From assembly GCA_964036045.1 (NCBI GenBank), contig OZ038378.1:198462001-198526000 (forward strand): DNA of 64,000 nt. Direction: 5' to 3'. Every line of letters begins with the position of its first letter. Within the stretch, counting starts at the first letter, position 1. This document shows positions 25,258 to 37,539 of this stretch, one piece after another. Origin of the DNA: Eutreptiella sp. 'Long Island Sound 2002'. Lineage: Eukaryota; Protista; Euglenida. The notes under the pieces are model-generated. The model saw only the letters and a program-made list of their open reading frames with translations. It was not told the DNA's origin and did no database searches. The translations under genes and the position numbers were made by a program.

Positions 25258-25423
25258 GCACAAGAATTGCTTTCGAACCTTGACTTGGCGCGCAAGCAAA
25301 AGATCGGCAATGAAAGGTTGAAGGGCATGTGCCTTGACAACGAGGAGTTGATGCAAAAGCTCCACCGGCAAACGCACACCGCCAAGTCAAAGCAAGAGAT
25401 ACTTCGGCTCCACAAGAAAGCAG
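25258..25423 (+). CDS. Paraflagellar rod (PFR1/PFR2-family) like protein, exon
   Basis: AQELLSNLDLARKQKIGNERLKGMCLDNEELMQKLHRQTHTAKSKQEILRLHKKA matches the remembered PFR N-terminus (ARKQKIHNLKLKTACLENEE). TAG acceptor, GT donor. Confidence 0.85.
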
Positions 25424-26042
25424 GTTCCCGGCTAGTCACCGTTTGACGTTGTCTTGAACCCGTTTCACTGATGATATCTACAATCTCCCAACGGTTACCA
25501 GCAAGCCACCAATCAAGACCCCAACACCACTTCCACACCTTTTGTCGTCGGCCTTGCCCTCACCGTCCGGCAGTGTGGATGACAGTGTCTCATGCCCAAA
25601 TTTGCTCGTACTTCATATTTGTAGCACATGGATGCAACACAATAGAAAACCCCGTTGGGGTGTGTTGATTTTAATGAAAGGATATGATTTTGGGGTTGAG
25701 GTGTTCGAAACATAGTCATCCCAAGGAAAAATCCACGGGGCAAGGGGGGTTAGTTTTTGGGGGCCCGGGTTGAGATTGTGTTCACATCTCCCCCTACTAT
25801 TGTGTTAAGTGACCACTCGAAGAACGACAAATTGTACCCAAAGAAGGGACAACGAGCACAACATGTCATAATGTGGCACAACGCAACGTAACACACAAAA
25901 AAACAGCCTGCACACTTTACCAGCTTCATAGTTAGCAAGGCACAACAAAACACAAGACAACACAACACTATTGACACCAACCACACTTGCCTACTCATGA
26001 GGTGCACATGCAAGTGGACATGCCACGATTGCTACGTGCAAG

Positions 26043-26085
26043 GAAACTGCCTTATTGAGTTTGCCTCTACATCCAAGGGCCAAAG
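26043..26085 (+). CDS. PFR-like protein, small exon
   Basis: 43 nt, phase 1 to 2, which is what is needed to join 25423 to 29462 and gives about the expected spacing. GTACCC donor; the AAG acceptor is weaker. Confidence 0.55.
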
Positions 26086-26900
26086 GTACCCAGGGGGGGG
26101 GGGATTTTTCACCTACCACAACATTTGTGTTGTGCTATGTTGTGTTGTAGACACAGTGTTGTGTTTTGCACTCAACCTCAAATGCATTTGTGAGTAACCT
26201 TTCTTGTGCCCTTGGCCTGCCCTTAGGCCATTTCCCGAAAGAACAGCCCCTGATTGTCTGGTAGGTCATCGAGAGATTCACAAAATCGAACTTGCCTAAG
26301 ATGGTGCCTTGGAGGGCACCATGGTTTTGAGGGCATGCGGGGCTTTAGCACAATGTGCAACTCATTGCAAAGCCACGGTACGAGCAAAGGCTCAACAGCT
26401 TAAGCGTGCTGAAAAGCTAATCACAAAGACAAGAGAAAATTGACATGGTTCTTTGCTATCTCTTGCACCTTTGAATCTTGGTGCCCTTGGGTGCTCCATC
26501 GCATGCATGGGGGCCGTAACAAAACAACGCACCACAAGTGTTGCGTGAATTGTCCCATCCACCATACACTCACCTCCTCCACTCCTACTTTCACTACGAA
26601 AGAAGAGACACTTTGATCATCATGGAGATAAATTAGATGTTGAACATATTCCCACACCAAAGGTGTCCCATCCCATATAAAAACACCTCTTGGTGATTTG
26701 TGTCTATTCATCATCACTCTGTGCTTTCGTTCACGATACTTGCCTTGCAACTCACATATGCAATAAATAGCAGACCGCAAGCCGCAACCCACACAATTTT
26801 ATGAAGGTCAAAAAACGTATCACCATGCATGAGGAGGGGTGGGTTGCATTGCGTGGAAGAGGGTCCACGGATCGCTGATCCCCTTTTCCTTCTCAGCTTT

Positions 26901-27305
26901 GGAGCTTACCCAGCCACGGAGGGGGGGGGGGGGGGGGGGGGGCTTGGGCTGTGCCGTGCCGCGGTGCCGCCACATAGGGTGTGTCGTGTCACACGGGGCC
27001 GCCGCTGTGTCGTGTTGCATGAATTCGTTTTGTGTTTCGTGGAGGCGTGCTTGTGCTTTATTGTGCTTGTGCACCTCTCTTGTGTCACCTATGTCCCTTG
27101 TGCCACCATGACATGGAGGGGGGGGGGGGGGGCGATGGCACGGTATGCCATGCAATGGTTCGTGTAGGAGGGGGTTTGGCACTTGTGTCACCTGTGTCAC
27201 CTGTGCCGGCCGTGCCACCATGACACGGAGGGGGGGGGGGGGGGAGGGGGGGGGGGGGGCATCGGAAAGTGTGCCGCGACACGTGTCGTGACATGGGTTA
27301 GCTCC
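26901..27305. mobile_element. PIF/Harbinger-like MITE, 405 bp
   Basis: TIRs GGAGCTTACCCA ... TGGGTTAGCTCC, flanked by TTT on both sides (3-bp TSD). Internal poly-G tracts. Confidence 0.7.
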
Positions 27306-27329
27306 TTTGGGTCAAACCACTATGCAGTG

Positions 27330-27890
27330 TTTGTACCTATGCCATGGATATCTCTGTTGTGTCCTATGGCATATGCCACAGGATACAACGCAAGAAAATG
27401 TGTTGGAATCCCTTGCACCCGCCGCACCTAAAGTTGAATGGTTCATTAGGAATGTGCAAGGTTGCGCGTTGATATCCTGTGGCATATACCATGGATATCT
27501 GTGGATATCCTTGTGCCTACATGCCATGGATATAATATTTGTGCTTAATGCCACGGATATGTGTCGTTCATGTTGGCAAAGGAATATGCAAAGGAATTTT
27601 TGCAAAGGAAGGGCAATTTGGCGCAATTTTGTTGTCTTCCCCTAGTACAACATATTCATCAATGCATGTTTTGGGAGGAGGCACATGTCCTTACCCGCCA
27701 TACACGAGCTTCAAACACCCTTCCTCCAACCACGCACACTATATATACTAGATTTCCGGGAAGTTCACATAGGGTATTGGTCGTATCCTGAGGCATATGC
27801 CACACGACATCATTGCCATATCCGTTGCGATATCGTGTGGCATATTCCACGGATATGTGCAAATATCCTTGTGCCCACGCCACGGGTATA
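27330..27890. repeat. Foldback-like element with repeated palindromic TGGCATATGCCA / CCAYGGATAT motifs
   Basis: Inverted pair CTATGGCATATGCCACAGGATAC (~27365) and GTATCCTGAGGCATATGCCACAC (~27784), plus several variants. Confidence 0.55.
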
Positions 27891-28084
27891 ATACCGAAGC
27901 GGTACGGTAAGCTAGATCGCGTGTTAGAGGCACACCAAGCCCTAGCGCTTGGCACAAAGAAGACAAAAACACAGACACCTTGAAAAGAATCACCACCCCC
28001 ATGTACTCAACCATAGTCTTTCGGATTACCCTATGACCTCCTCGGTTCGCCACAAACCATTGACACCATCTGCAAATTGCAAAT

Positions 28085-29000
28085 TTGCAAAAATACCTTG
28101 CAAAAGCAACAAACATGGGGTCCAACACTACCCATGAGCCACCACTGTGCCAAAAGCAACTTTTTGTCGGAGGTGCCTTGTGTTTTCAAAGAAATGATAG
28201 TGGTAGATACACAACAGGGGTACTGTTGATGCCTCCTATTTTGACTCAAGGCAAACACGACTTTAGTGACCCTCTATGCGCCCACTATGCGCCCTCTATG
28301 CGCCCTCTATGCGCCCTCCATGCGCCCTCTATGCGCCCACTATGCGCCCTCTATGCGCCCTCTATACGCCGGCCATTTAGCATATATATTGGAACAACTC
28401 CATGGGATAACTCCATCGGAATGGTTATGCTACTGTTGCTGTATGTTCACCATGGCAAGGTTGCGCGAGCTACCTTGCATTTCTGCCGTGCTTGTGTGAC
28501 ACAAGCCTAGACTAGTACAACAGTGAGCACCTTTGATAATGTGGGGAGATATTCATTTGTGGCGGCATGTAAAACGGTTGGCATGCACCATTCCGTGATA
28601 TTGGGGTTGTTATCCGGCTCAATATGGATGGCCTGCGACTATCTTGGCTTCTTCATTACAGGCGAATTGCTACGTGATTTTGAGCAAGGCATCAACTACA
28701 AGCAATTGACGAAGTTCAACGTGGTGCGGTACATGTCCGGCTGTAACCAGGAGGTGCATGCCCAACTACTGTGGCCCTTAGGATTTCCCGCGTTTCGATA
28801 TTTGCCTTACCCGAGTACGGAGTTTGTGGGGGGGGGGGATAGGATGCGGAGCTCTTTTCAGTTGCATTTACATGCGGTCTCTGCCGAGCTCACGCGATTT
28901 TACCTAGTCTTCACCACCAGGTACTGCATCAGAACCTTATCTGTATCCAAGTGCAGTCACACAACTTGCCAGAATTTCCTGAGTGCCGCCGACACAGTGC
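28085..29000 (+). pseudogene. Decayed non-LTR reverse transcriptase fragment (in a PFR intron)
   Basis: ELPCISAVL...STFDNVGRYSFVAACKTVG resembles RT motif 3; SSFQLHLHAVSAELTRFYLVFTTRYC resembles motif 6. Interrupted by stops and a minisatellite. Confidence 0.5.
28272..28370 (+). repeat. 11-bp minisatellite x9 (CTCTATGCGCC)
   Basis: Nine near-perfect units spanning 99 bp. Confidence 0.95.
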
Positions 29001-29461
29001 CAAGCTCCGTACCCTTGGGAGGACTAAACCCATCTTGCAGATATCAGCACAGGAGCGGGGTCAGCAGGATTCGCTGCAACTGTTCGTGATGCAACTGCAG
29101 CCCACCGGAAGCGGCCAATCAGCCATCTAGTTCGGTCTTAGTTGTGGACATATCACTCATGAAGCCCCGCCCCCCCGAAAAATTGGTTAAGCCCGTTGGG
29201 ATTGGCACTGGGATTGAAACTCAACCCGGCAGGCTGATGTCATGGATGACCAGCAGTGGATGGCAGTCATCATGAACCACTGATAATGTGGGTTTGGATG
29301 CAAATTGACCAAAAATTGTTTTCGCTGGGCAATAGTCAACCAAAAGTGTGTCACCTGCCCTGGCATGCGTGTTATGTGTCTCTGTCCTTTTGAGATTGAT
29401 TTCAGGTAAAAGCAACTCTAGTTGAGGCACATCTGTTGGTGCCCAAATGATCCCATGTCAG

Positions 29462-29516
29462 CGGTCAGTTCATGATGGACTTGACCATGGTCACCATGTT
29501 AGCCGCGTCAGGGGAA
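29462..29516 (+). CDS. PFR-like protein, exon
   Basis: GQFMMDLTMVTMLAASGE aligns to PFR EAYDLAKLMRVCGLE. CAG acceptor, GTATTG donor. Confidence 0.7.
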
Positions 29517-30094
29517 GTATTGGGGTGGGTGGGTGCGTAATTTCACCCTCCGGCGAGACCCTGTGTTAACATAATAACACAAGCCGGGGAGGGGGGGTAA
29601 TTACAAGGTGCCGGGGACACAGCTGTGCTCACACACTTTGTTTCCGGTGGATGCGCTCATTCAGGTTGCTTTAGGCAAGGAAAACCAGCCGCACCTTTGC
29701 ATTGGTTTTTTCTCCACACAGCCCCACCAAAACAAAATTGCCACACATAGAGATTCGAAGGGTATTCTGAGAGCTGAGTTTTCAGAGCGGGCTGGTGTCA
29801 GGTTGGTGGGTGTTGGCCCCCTGACCCCCCCCCCCCCCCTCCCGTTGTTAGCACACTCTCTTTGGGGGCCTTTTGGGATCGATGGCCAACATCCAGATGA
29901 TTCAGAGGAATATTCTGGCTGGTGCATGCAGAAAAACGTGGTTGGATGGGGAACACACGGATGACAAAAGAGTTTGGAAATGCGGGAGAAAGATGTTTTG
30001 GCACACCCCACTGCTTCAGGCGAGATGCGTAGTGGGCAAAGGACAAGGATAGAGATGGGCAAGGAATTCCCAGCACACTCCACATCTTTGTGTT

Positions 30095-30430
30095 TTGTTT
30101 TCCCTTGTTTTGTTTCACGTTTTCTTTGTGTTGTGTTGTATTGTGATGTGTTACATTGTGTTGTGTTGTTGTGTTTTGTTATGTTCGTGTTGTGTTGTGT
30201 TGTCTGCAGTTGAGTTGAGTTGTGTTGTGTTGAGTAGAATTCCATCCAGTTGTGCTGTGCTGTGTTGTGTTGTGTTGTGTTGTGTTGTGTTGTGTTGTGT
30301 TGTGTTGTGTTGTTTTGTGTTGTGTTGTGTTGTGTTGTGTTGTGTTGTGTTGTGTTGTGTTGTGTTGTGTTGTGTTGTGTTGTGTTGTGTTGTGTTGTGT
30401 TGTGTTGTGTTGTGTTGTGTTGTGTTGTGT
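30095..30430. repeat. (GTTGT)n pentanucleotide microsatellite
   Basis: Near-perfect from about 30260 to 30430 and degenerate to the left; it produces the spurious CCVVL and HNTTQ ORFs. Confidence 0.95.
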
Positions 30431-30899
30431 ACCTATGGCGGAGTTGGAGCCATTGGCACCAAGACGAATTTTGCCATTGGGTAAGCGAAATCACCTGTTT
30501 GTTGGATCAAGGCGTGAGCGACATCTTCCCCCCCCTTTTGGGTGCGAGTTTATGCTGCATGGGGGCAAAAAATTGGTCTCGTTTTTTTGATCGAAAATCA
30601 CAAATCACCTTGCAGAGGTTCTGAGCTTGACACTAGATGAGCTCGCATACATGGGAGATGCTACATGCCTCCTGTTTTGGGCCTGTTCATGTACCATTCA
30701 AGCCTCCATGGTTGCAAACACATTGGCCACCTTTGGTGAGTGGTGGTGCTTTGGCAGTGGTGAGTAACTGGCAGTTTGTCCATTCGCAGATTTGAAGAGT
30801 TCCCTTCATCTTCCAATCCTCTTCCATTGTCCTCCCGGCTCTTCCATCACCTTCCCACCTCTTGCATTGTGCTTCCTGCTCATCATCTTCCGTCCTGTT

Positions 30900-31380
30900 C
30901 CCTTGTCTTCTAAAACCCATGAGCACTGGGGCTCATTTTTTCATCTTCTCAAGCCCCCCCTACATAAACCTCCTCCCACTGAATTTTGTAGGGGGTTGGA
31001 AGCACACATGCAGCACCAGTTAGGCCCCCATGTGGTGCCCCTTGGCCCCCAGCAGGGCTGTTTTGGGTTATTTGCTGTGCGTAATCGGCCACCCAAGCTG
31101 TTTGCCAACCACAGCACACAATACCCTGAACCAGCCGTATCTCTATTTGGTGCAACATTGGCACCATACGGGTTTGCATGTGCTTGTTGTGTCACCAAGT
31201 GATGGACCAAGCCAGGCCCGAGGCTGCCCAGGGGTCGTGCAAAATTGCTGCCATGGAGTCCCAGTCAATGGTATTTGGTGGGTTAGATGGTTTGCGGAAT
31301 CTTAAAATTGCAGAAGGCTGTTCTTTGGAGTTCTTTCGTTGTGCAAATTTCGAAAACCCTGGTAAATTGGGCATGCCATG
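30900..31380 (-). pseudogene. Decayed non-LTR reverse transcriptase fragment
   Basis: RFRKPSNPPNTIDWDSMAAIL (motif 3-like), GGQGAPHGGLTGAACVL (motif 4-like) and EEVYVGG (eroded YxDD), in the correct order. Confidence 0.5.
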
Positions 31381-31841
31381 TTGATGGTTTCAGGGATATG
31401 GGGCTTGGACGTTCCATGCACCGAAACCATCATAGATGATTAGTGTAACAATCAGAAACAGGGTCTCGTTGTGAAGGTGCGTGTCTCCCCCGTCTCTTGT
31501 CATCATGCACGCATATGTGACGAGCATCTGGCCCCGCTCTGTTCCCTGCAAACCGATGGCTGGGCCATCCGTTGCTGTATCATATGCCGTTGCACTCTGT
31601 TGCACTTTTACATGTATGCTTGCATGTTGTACGTTGTGTTTAGCAGAGTATTTGTGCTCATTGTGGGTGTGCGGTCGTGCAGTAGTGGTGTAGCTTCGCG
31701 ATTCGCATCCCCTGGATTTGCACACTCTAAGTTAGAAATCCGCCTTTTGGGGCTGATTGGCCCCCTTTTTTTTTGCGTGTGGTGTCATTATCCCTGTCAC
31801 CCGGGCGCCACGGGACACTCCCCTGCTGCTCCTGAATACAG

Positions 31842-32045
31842 ATGGGGATCAAGGAGCTGATCAAGCCTGAGTCACAGCCGGATCCCCTGGAGTGCCAGAA
31901 AGTGCTGCAGACCCTGAGGAGCATGCGCGGCCTGGGGGACAGCGCCGAGCCTTTCAATGCGGTGGTGGATTTTGGGTGTAAGCTCATGGAAAAGGTGTTA
32001 GATTTGCTGCAGTCCTCCAACATGAATAGCAGAGAGTGGGCTCAG
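31842..32045 (+). CDS. PFR-like protein, exon
   Basis: MGIKELIKPESQPDPLECQKVLQTLRSMRG...FNAVVDFGCKLMEKVLDLLQSSNMNSREWAQ aligns to PFR SQRELYRPED...KKVLQDL...MEKV. CAG acceptor, GTATGT donor. Confidence 0.9.
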
Positions 32046-32920
32046 GTATGTCCGAGACTACCCTGGCTGCTACTGTCAGCGCAACGCCTGGAAGCAGTAG
32101 TTGACTCTTTTTTCTTAGAACATTCCCTAATAGCAGTTCAAGGCCTTCTACGATTATTGGTACCCTTCTTTGCCACATACCAGCGAGCACCTCGTCCCGT
32201 GTCATCTGCAGGAGACCACCTTTCTAGCCCCACCTCAAACCTGCTGCAGCTCATGCGCCTGAGTTGTCCACCTTGACGACAGCTAGCCTCCACACCCTTA
32301 TGGCTTCTCTCCTCCCCGAGCCAAAGGCCCCATTGACAAAAGGGTCCAATAGCGATGTTCGAGTGTGCTCGTGGGGATGCCAATCTGTAGTCTGTGGACA
32401 CTGTCTGCGAGTAGGGCGGGGGAGGGGAGGGCAAGATGCCCACGGAACAACAGACGGACATCATGGAAAAAAGAAGCCCACAGAGACACCGCTAGCGGCA
32501 CGCTTGCTAGCGATGTCACTCACTCGTCCAACTGCATCACGGAACGATTTTTGACATCATGGAAATTGAAGGGGTCCATATGCTCAAGGTGTGACCGCTG
32601 GAAGTAGCTTGGTTTGTGGGGGAAGCTCGCGGTGAAATGGGGGTGGTGGGTGGGTGGGTGGGCGTTGCATGACACGCAGCCATTGGAAGATAGCTATGAA
32701 ACAGAGCAGAGGGTCGCCACAACCCAAAGGTGCCCGGAAGCTAGCCAAAATAGCAGAGGAGGATTAGGACAGGAGGAGTATTGCAGTAGGCCTTAGGGCC
32801 AGGAAAGGGCGTTAAACACTTGGGTGGGGGGAGTTCTAAGACCAGGGGCCGGCTGGAACACTTTCTACAACCTAAACAGGGCTGGGGAGGCCAGCACAAT
32901 TCAAAATCCTGTGCTAAGGC

Positions 32921-33610
32921 AGTGTTCCACTTAATAACTCAGCACCAGTGGGTGGTGGTGGCGGAAGGGGCGGAGGGGGGTTTCAGACTCGCCCCCCCCC
33001 CCCCGCCCCCAGACCCACCCACCCACCCTTAAGTGATTTGGCCAACTCACCTCGAAGAGAGGTTGTTGGATCAAGCGCAGGCGCGGACGCCATACACCCC
33101 GCCCCCTTTTTGGGGGTCATTCGCGTAGCATACCCCAAGGCATGCTATTGGATGTCCAACCCCTTGTAAAACCTTATTTTGCCCGACAAAACAATCCCCC
33201 AATGGATTTTTGGATTGTGAGACCTCTATCCCCCTGAAACTGGATACCATTTTTTTTGGGGGGGGGTCAAATTTTTGTGGTTAGAAGGATTTGAACCAGG
33301 GTCTAGTGTAATAAGGGCTTGAGGTCGATCCATCGGCTGCGCCGGCAATCGCCGAATCGCGGGCCGGGAATCTGACGGGCGCCAGGCAAACCATCGGTCG
33401 AGTGTTCCACCACTCGACCACTGAGTGTTACTGCATACCAGGGGTTCCCTTCGCCTTCTGCCAATCAAATATTTTCTCTGGCGCCTTCGGTGCCGATTAG
33501 TTTGGGCTAAAAATTGTCTTCGGCACCCCTAAAAACTCAGCACCAACGGGGGGGGAGGGGGGTGGATCCACCCACCCACCCCCCTCGGACGCCCCCTTAA
33601 GTGGAACTCT
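32921..33610. mobile_element. CAG-terminated TIR element containing a truncated type-B HINE head (from 33047)
   Basis: CAGTGTTCCACTTAA ... TTAAGTGGAACTCTG (14 of 15 inverted). Internal TCACCTCGAAGAGAGGTTGTTGGATCAAGCGC head; reverse B-box (33287-33297) and A-box-like (33405-33424) motifs. No TSD found. Confidence 0.55.
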
Positions 33611-33850
33611 GTGATGGGGGGGCTGATGAACGCGGCCGGCAGTCGGCCTTTACACTTTCACAGCTACAACGAATGGGGACAGTACAGGCTGATTCAGATT
33701 CGGGTGCTCCTGACTACAGTGCTACCATTGGGCCACTGTTGCTCTTGCGTCTACTTGTTTCTTGTTTCTGAGCATTGTGTTGCCCTCACTGTCTGGCTTG
33801 CCGCGCTTTCTTTGTGCCCACCGCTGTTCCGCCTGCCATTGCCGTTGCAG

Positions 33851-34012
33851 GTGATGGCCCCCCTGCTGGTGCTCTTGAAGGACGTCATGCATGCGTCTCC
33901 CATTGAAAATTGTCTCATTGGCCCCGAAGAAGACGTCAAGCGGATGAAATTCAACATCGAGGAGTGCTCGCAGCAACAGGCCCAGGCCATCAGCGAGGGA
34001 GAAATGAAGGAG
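33851..34012 (+). CDS. PFR-like protein, exon
   Basis: VMAPLLVLLKDVMHASPIENCLIGPEEDVKRMKFNIEECSQQQAQAISEGEMKE aligns to PFR ...EDIMNATQIQNAL...AMHDGEMQV. Phase 0-0, AG/GT. Confidence 0.85.
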
Positions 34013-35156
34013 GTCTTGCTTCGTCTGTTGCGGCAGGGGCAGGGGCACGCCAGAGGCTTGTGCCAGTACGAAAGCCACCCCGGCACAGACCTCTTCAGCG
34101 GTGTGCGCTCTCGTGCCAAGGGCGCACACTTTGGGCAAGAAGTGGACTCTCGAAAAACACATCTCCGCAGAACAGCCACCGACTCCAGCAAAGCGAGCCC
34201 CCCCCCCCCCCTGTTTCCGCAAGCACGGGCTTGTCCAAGCACGGAGTCAGCCCCGGAACTACCGGGGCCTGCCTGGCAATTGCCGGGGCCAGTCCGGACC
34301 AACCGGGGCCGGCCCCGGAACCATCGGGAGGGGGGGGGCGTCGAATCACTGTTTCCAGGATTTTTTTGGGACCACTGTTTTTTGTAGTCCTGAGTGCAGG
34401 ATTGGGCGTTTGTGACGCACTTTTAGAGGAAAACAGGGGCTCATTCATGTCTGTGATTGTGCATTCTGTTCATAACAACACAACATTGTGCCACCCATTG
34501 CAACCGCATGTCTGTCTGTTTGGATGTGATTCTCGGCCCTGGCCAACAGTGCTACTCCCGGCATGGCTGTCGCGTACCGTCTTTTGCTGGCGTGTGTGTC
34601 GCGCGCAAGCACGGGCTGGTCTAAGCACGGGGTGGGCGTCGAACCCCTGCTTTGCCTGGACTTTTGGGACCGCGGCCGTGCTTGCGCAAGGGGGGGGGGT
34701 ATAGTCCTCCATGGTCCAGTCCTGCACGGTAGCCTCTCGTGTCTGAGCAATTGAACCCCGTGCAAAGGTGCGTGCGAACCGCGCAGGCGCACATTCGAGT
34801 GACCGTGCGGCTGATGCCTGCATGGCATTGCCACATATGCTCACAAACACTCGTCCAGCGCGTAGCGCTCGTTCGAGCGCTGGTCTGCTTCGGGTAGGGC
34901 AGCACCGGCCATTCCCGCCGTTCTCTGTCTGTGAGGCAGCACTTCATTGCGCACGCAACAGCACTAGAGGCCATTGTTGCAGGCAGGAGCATGCGGGCCC
35001 CTTCTGCTGAGAGGCAAAGAGGATGGCGCAGACCGAGAGGTCAGTCCAGGGCACCCGTCTGGGTTCGGTACTGTCCGGCAATGAATAGTTACAACGGTCC
35101 TCACTACGGATTGCTCTGGGTTGCATTGTATTGAGTATTTGTCACGTCCCTCTCAG

Positions 35157-35219
35157 GCGGAGGCCATTTATTACCAAAAGATCCAAATGCAGGAGACAGC
35201 AAGTCAACTCATCAAGAAG
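35157..35219 (+). CDS. PFR-like protein, exon
   Basis: AEAIYYQKIQMQETASQLIKK aligns to PFR AEEQMWTKVQLQERLIDLIQD. CAG acceptor, GTGTGT donor. Confidence 0.85.
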
Positions 35220-35903
35220 GTGTGTGTTGCAGACTTGCTTGGTAAGAGAGGCCTGGCAACAGATGCTTGCGTGTATGTGGCCCCATTCCACAGTTGGTGC
35301 AGGCCCTCCCCTGCCCACTGATTCCATTTGGCCTGCATCTGGCGGTTCTCAGAGCAGAAGGGCTCAGAACTGCCCATTTCCAGAACGTTACCGTGCCACT
35401 ATGTGTCGATTTAGGAAAAATGGGGTCAAATGGGGGAAAATAGGGGAAATCTAGGAGGAAATGTAAAATCACCCCGAAGAGAGGTTGTTAGATCAAGTGC
35501 AGACGCGAGCGTCGTATACCCCCCCTTTTTTGGGGTCCTTCGCATAGCATACCCCAATGTATGGTTTCTGACGTCTAACCCCTTGTAAAATCATTGTTTT
35601 AGGACCAAAAAATGATCCCCCGATGATTTTTTGGATTTTGACCCCCGTACCCCCACAGCTGGGTACCCTTTTTGGGGGGGGGTCAAAACTTCTTTGCGTA
35701 TTGTGGCCGCTGTGTGTGTATTTGGACCTGGGTCCTGAAGAAGTTTTTTCTTGTATATGGACCCCCTAACCCATGGCGGGGGTCCCGGATCCCACCTCCA
35801 GGTACCCCCAGTTGGTCCCCCCCATATGGCCCCTTTGGCAGTGAGGACTTAGCCGTTTTCACGCTGGATAGGCTGTTTAGTGGCACGTGAAAGTTTTTTG
35901 AAA

Positions 35904-37539
35904 TCACCTCGCAGAGGTTGTTAGATCAAAGCCAGGCAAGCGTATATAGGGGAAAACGCCACATACCCCCCCCCCCCATTTTGGGCCATTTTGGCCCTAT
36001 TCGTGTACCCTACCCCAAGGGGTTGAATTGTTAGTTTAACCCCTTGTAAAATCGTTATTTTGTCCAATAAATGCATCCCCCAATGAGTTTTTGGTCCGGA
36101 CCCCCCCCCCAGACCCCCCCTAGCTGAAACCCACTTTTTTGAGGTTTTGAGGGAGGTTGGGGGGGGTGGGGGGGGGTTGGGGGGGGTCAAAAAATGATCC
36201 CCCCCCTTGTTTTGGATAGAAAATCATGAATCTTTCGGTCTTTTTCAATTTTGAGCTGAAAAAGTGTTTCCGGGTCCCGACTCCATGGGATTTGTATGGG
36301 GCGGAGTGGGACGAGCACTCATGCAGTTTATGGCACATTTCAGCCATTTTTGCTATCTTGGCGGTTTTGGCCACCTCGGTGACCCCGTGCTACCCACTCT
36401 GAGGGGTGTGAGTGGGGATGTTATGACAGTATATGCCCACTAGGATACGGAAGGACGCTTTTTGCTGTCCGTAGCCTTGCCGAGGGCCGGTCAAAACCCG
36501 TGCCAAAGACGCGAAATGACTGTTTCCACCAATAATGGCAGTGAATGCGCCGGTGCACAACCCGCTTTTGCAGTTTTTCATGTTGGGTAGCTCAAAAATG
36601 GAAGTTTTCAAAACTTATTTTTTTGATATTGTGACCACACGATATGACCATCCAAGATATGTAAAGCGTGTTTTGGGCTCTTTTTCATGTTTTTCACCTT
36701 ATTTGGTTATTGGGCGCCAAGGGGGGGGGGGTCTCCCAAGGGATTGGTACACCACCTGCTCATGCAGTTTTTCACCCTAGGCAGCTCAAAAATTGAAGTT
36801 TTCAAACCTATTTTATTTGATACAGTGATCACCTAGAATGACCATCCAAGGTATGTAAAACATGTTTTAGGCCATGTTTATGTGTTTTTCACCCTATTTG
36901 GGTATTGGGCGCCGGGGGCGGGGGGTCTCCCAAGGGATTGGTACACAACATACTTGTGCTGTTTTTCACCCTGGGCAGCTCAAAAATCAAAGTTTTCAAA
37001 ACGTTTTTTTTTGGATACTGTGATCACCTAGAATGACCATCCAAGGTATGTAAAGCATGCTTTAGGCGTTGTTTATGTGTTTTTCACCTTATTTGGGTAT
37101 TGGGCGCGGTGTGTGTGGGGGGTGGGGGCGGGCTCCCAAGGAATTCGTACACAACCTGCTCATGCAGTTTTTCACCCTGGGCAACTCAAAAATCGAAGTT
37201 TTGGAAACTTATTTCGCATCACCTAAAATGACCATCCAAGATACGTAAAGCATGTTTTAGGCCGTATTTATGTGGTTTTCACCCTATTTCGGTATTTGGT
37301 GTGGGTGGGGGGTCCAAACGGGATTGGTACACAACTTGCTTATGCACTTTTTCCAGCCGATGCAGCTCAAAAATCGAAGTTTCCGAAACTTATTTTTTTG
37401 ATATTGTGATCATCTAAAATGACCATCCAAGATATGTAAAGCATGTTTTAGCCCCTATTTATGTAGTTTTTACCCTATTTTGTGTTTGTGTTGCTTGGGG
37501 TAGATTCTCTCCGAGGTGGGCTTGCCGAAGGCAATAGAA
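35904..37539 (+). mobile_element. Type-A HINE-like element nested in type B
   Basis: 5' TCACCTCGCAGAGGTTGTTAGATCAAAGCC, ~640-bp head, about 5 copies of a 180-205 bp repeat, then 3' CTCTCCGAGGTG-GGC-TTGCCGAAGGCAA-TAGAA. Confidence 0.85.

Noticed and set aside
29661-30624. HNTTQ-repeat and CCVVL-repeat ORFs
   Set aside because: Translations of the (GTTGT)n microsatellite.
34013-34387. Extension of the PFR exon through the 258-aa ORF 33611-34387
   Set aside because: PFR similarity stops at the GT after 34012 and resumes at 35157; the rest runs into a poly-C MITE-like repeat.
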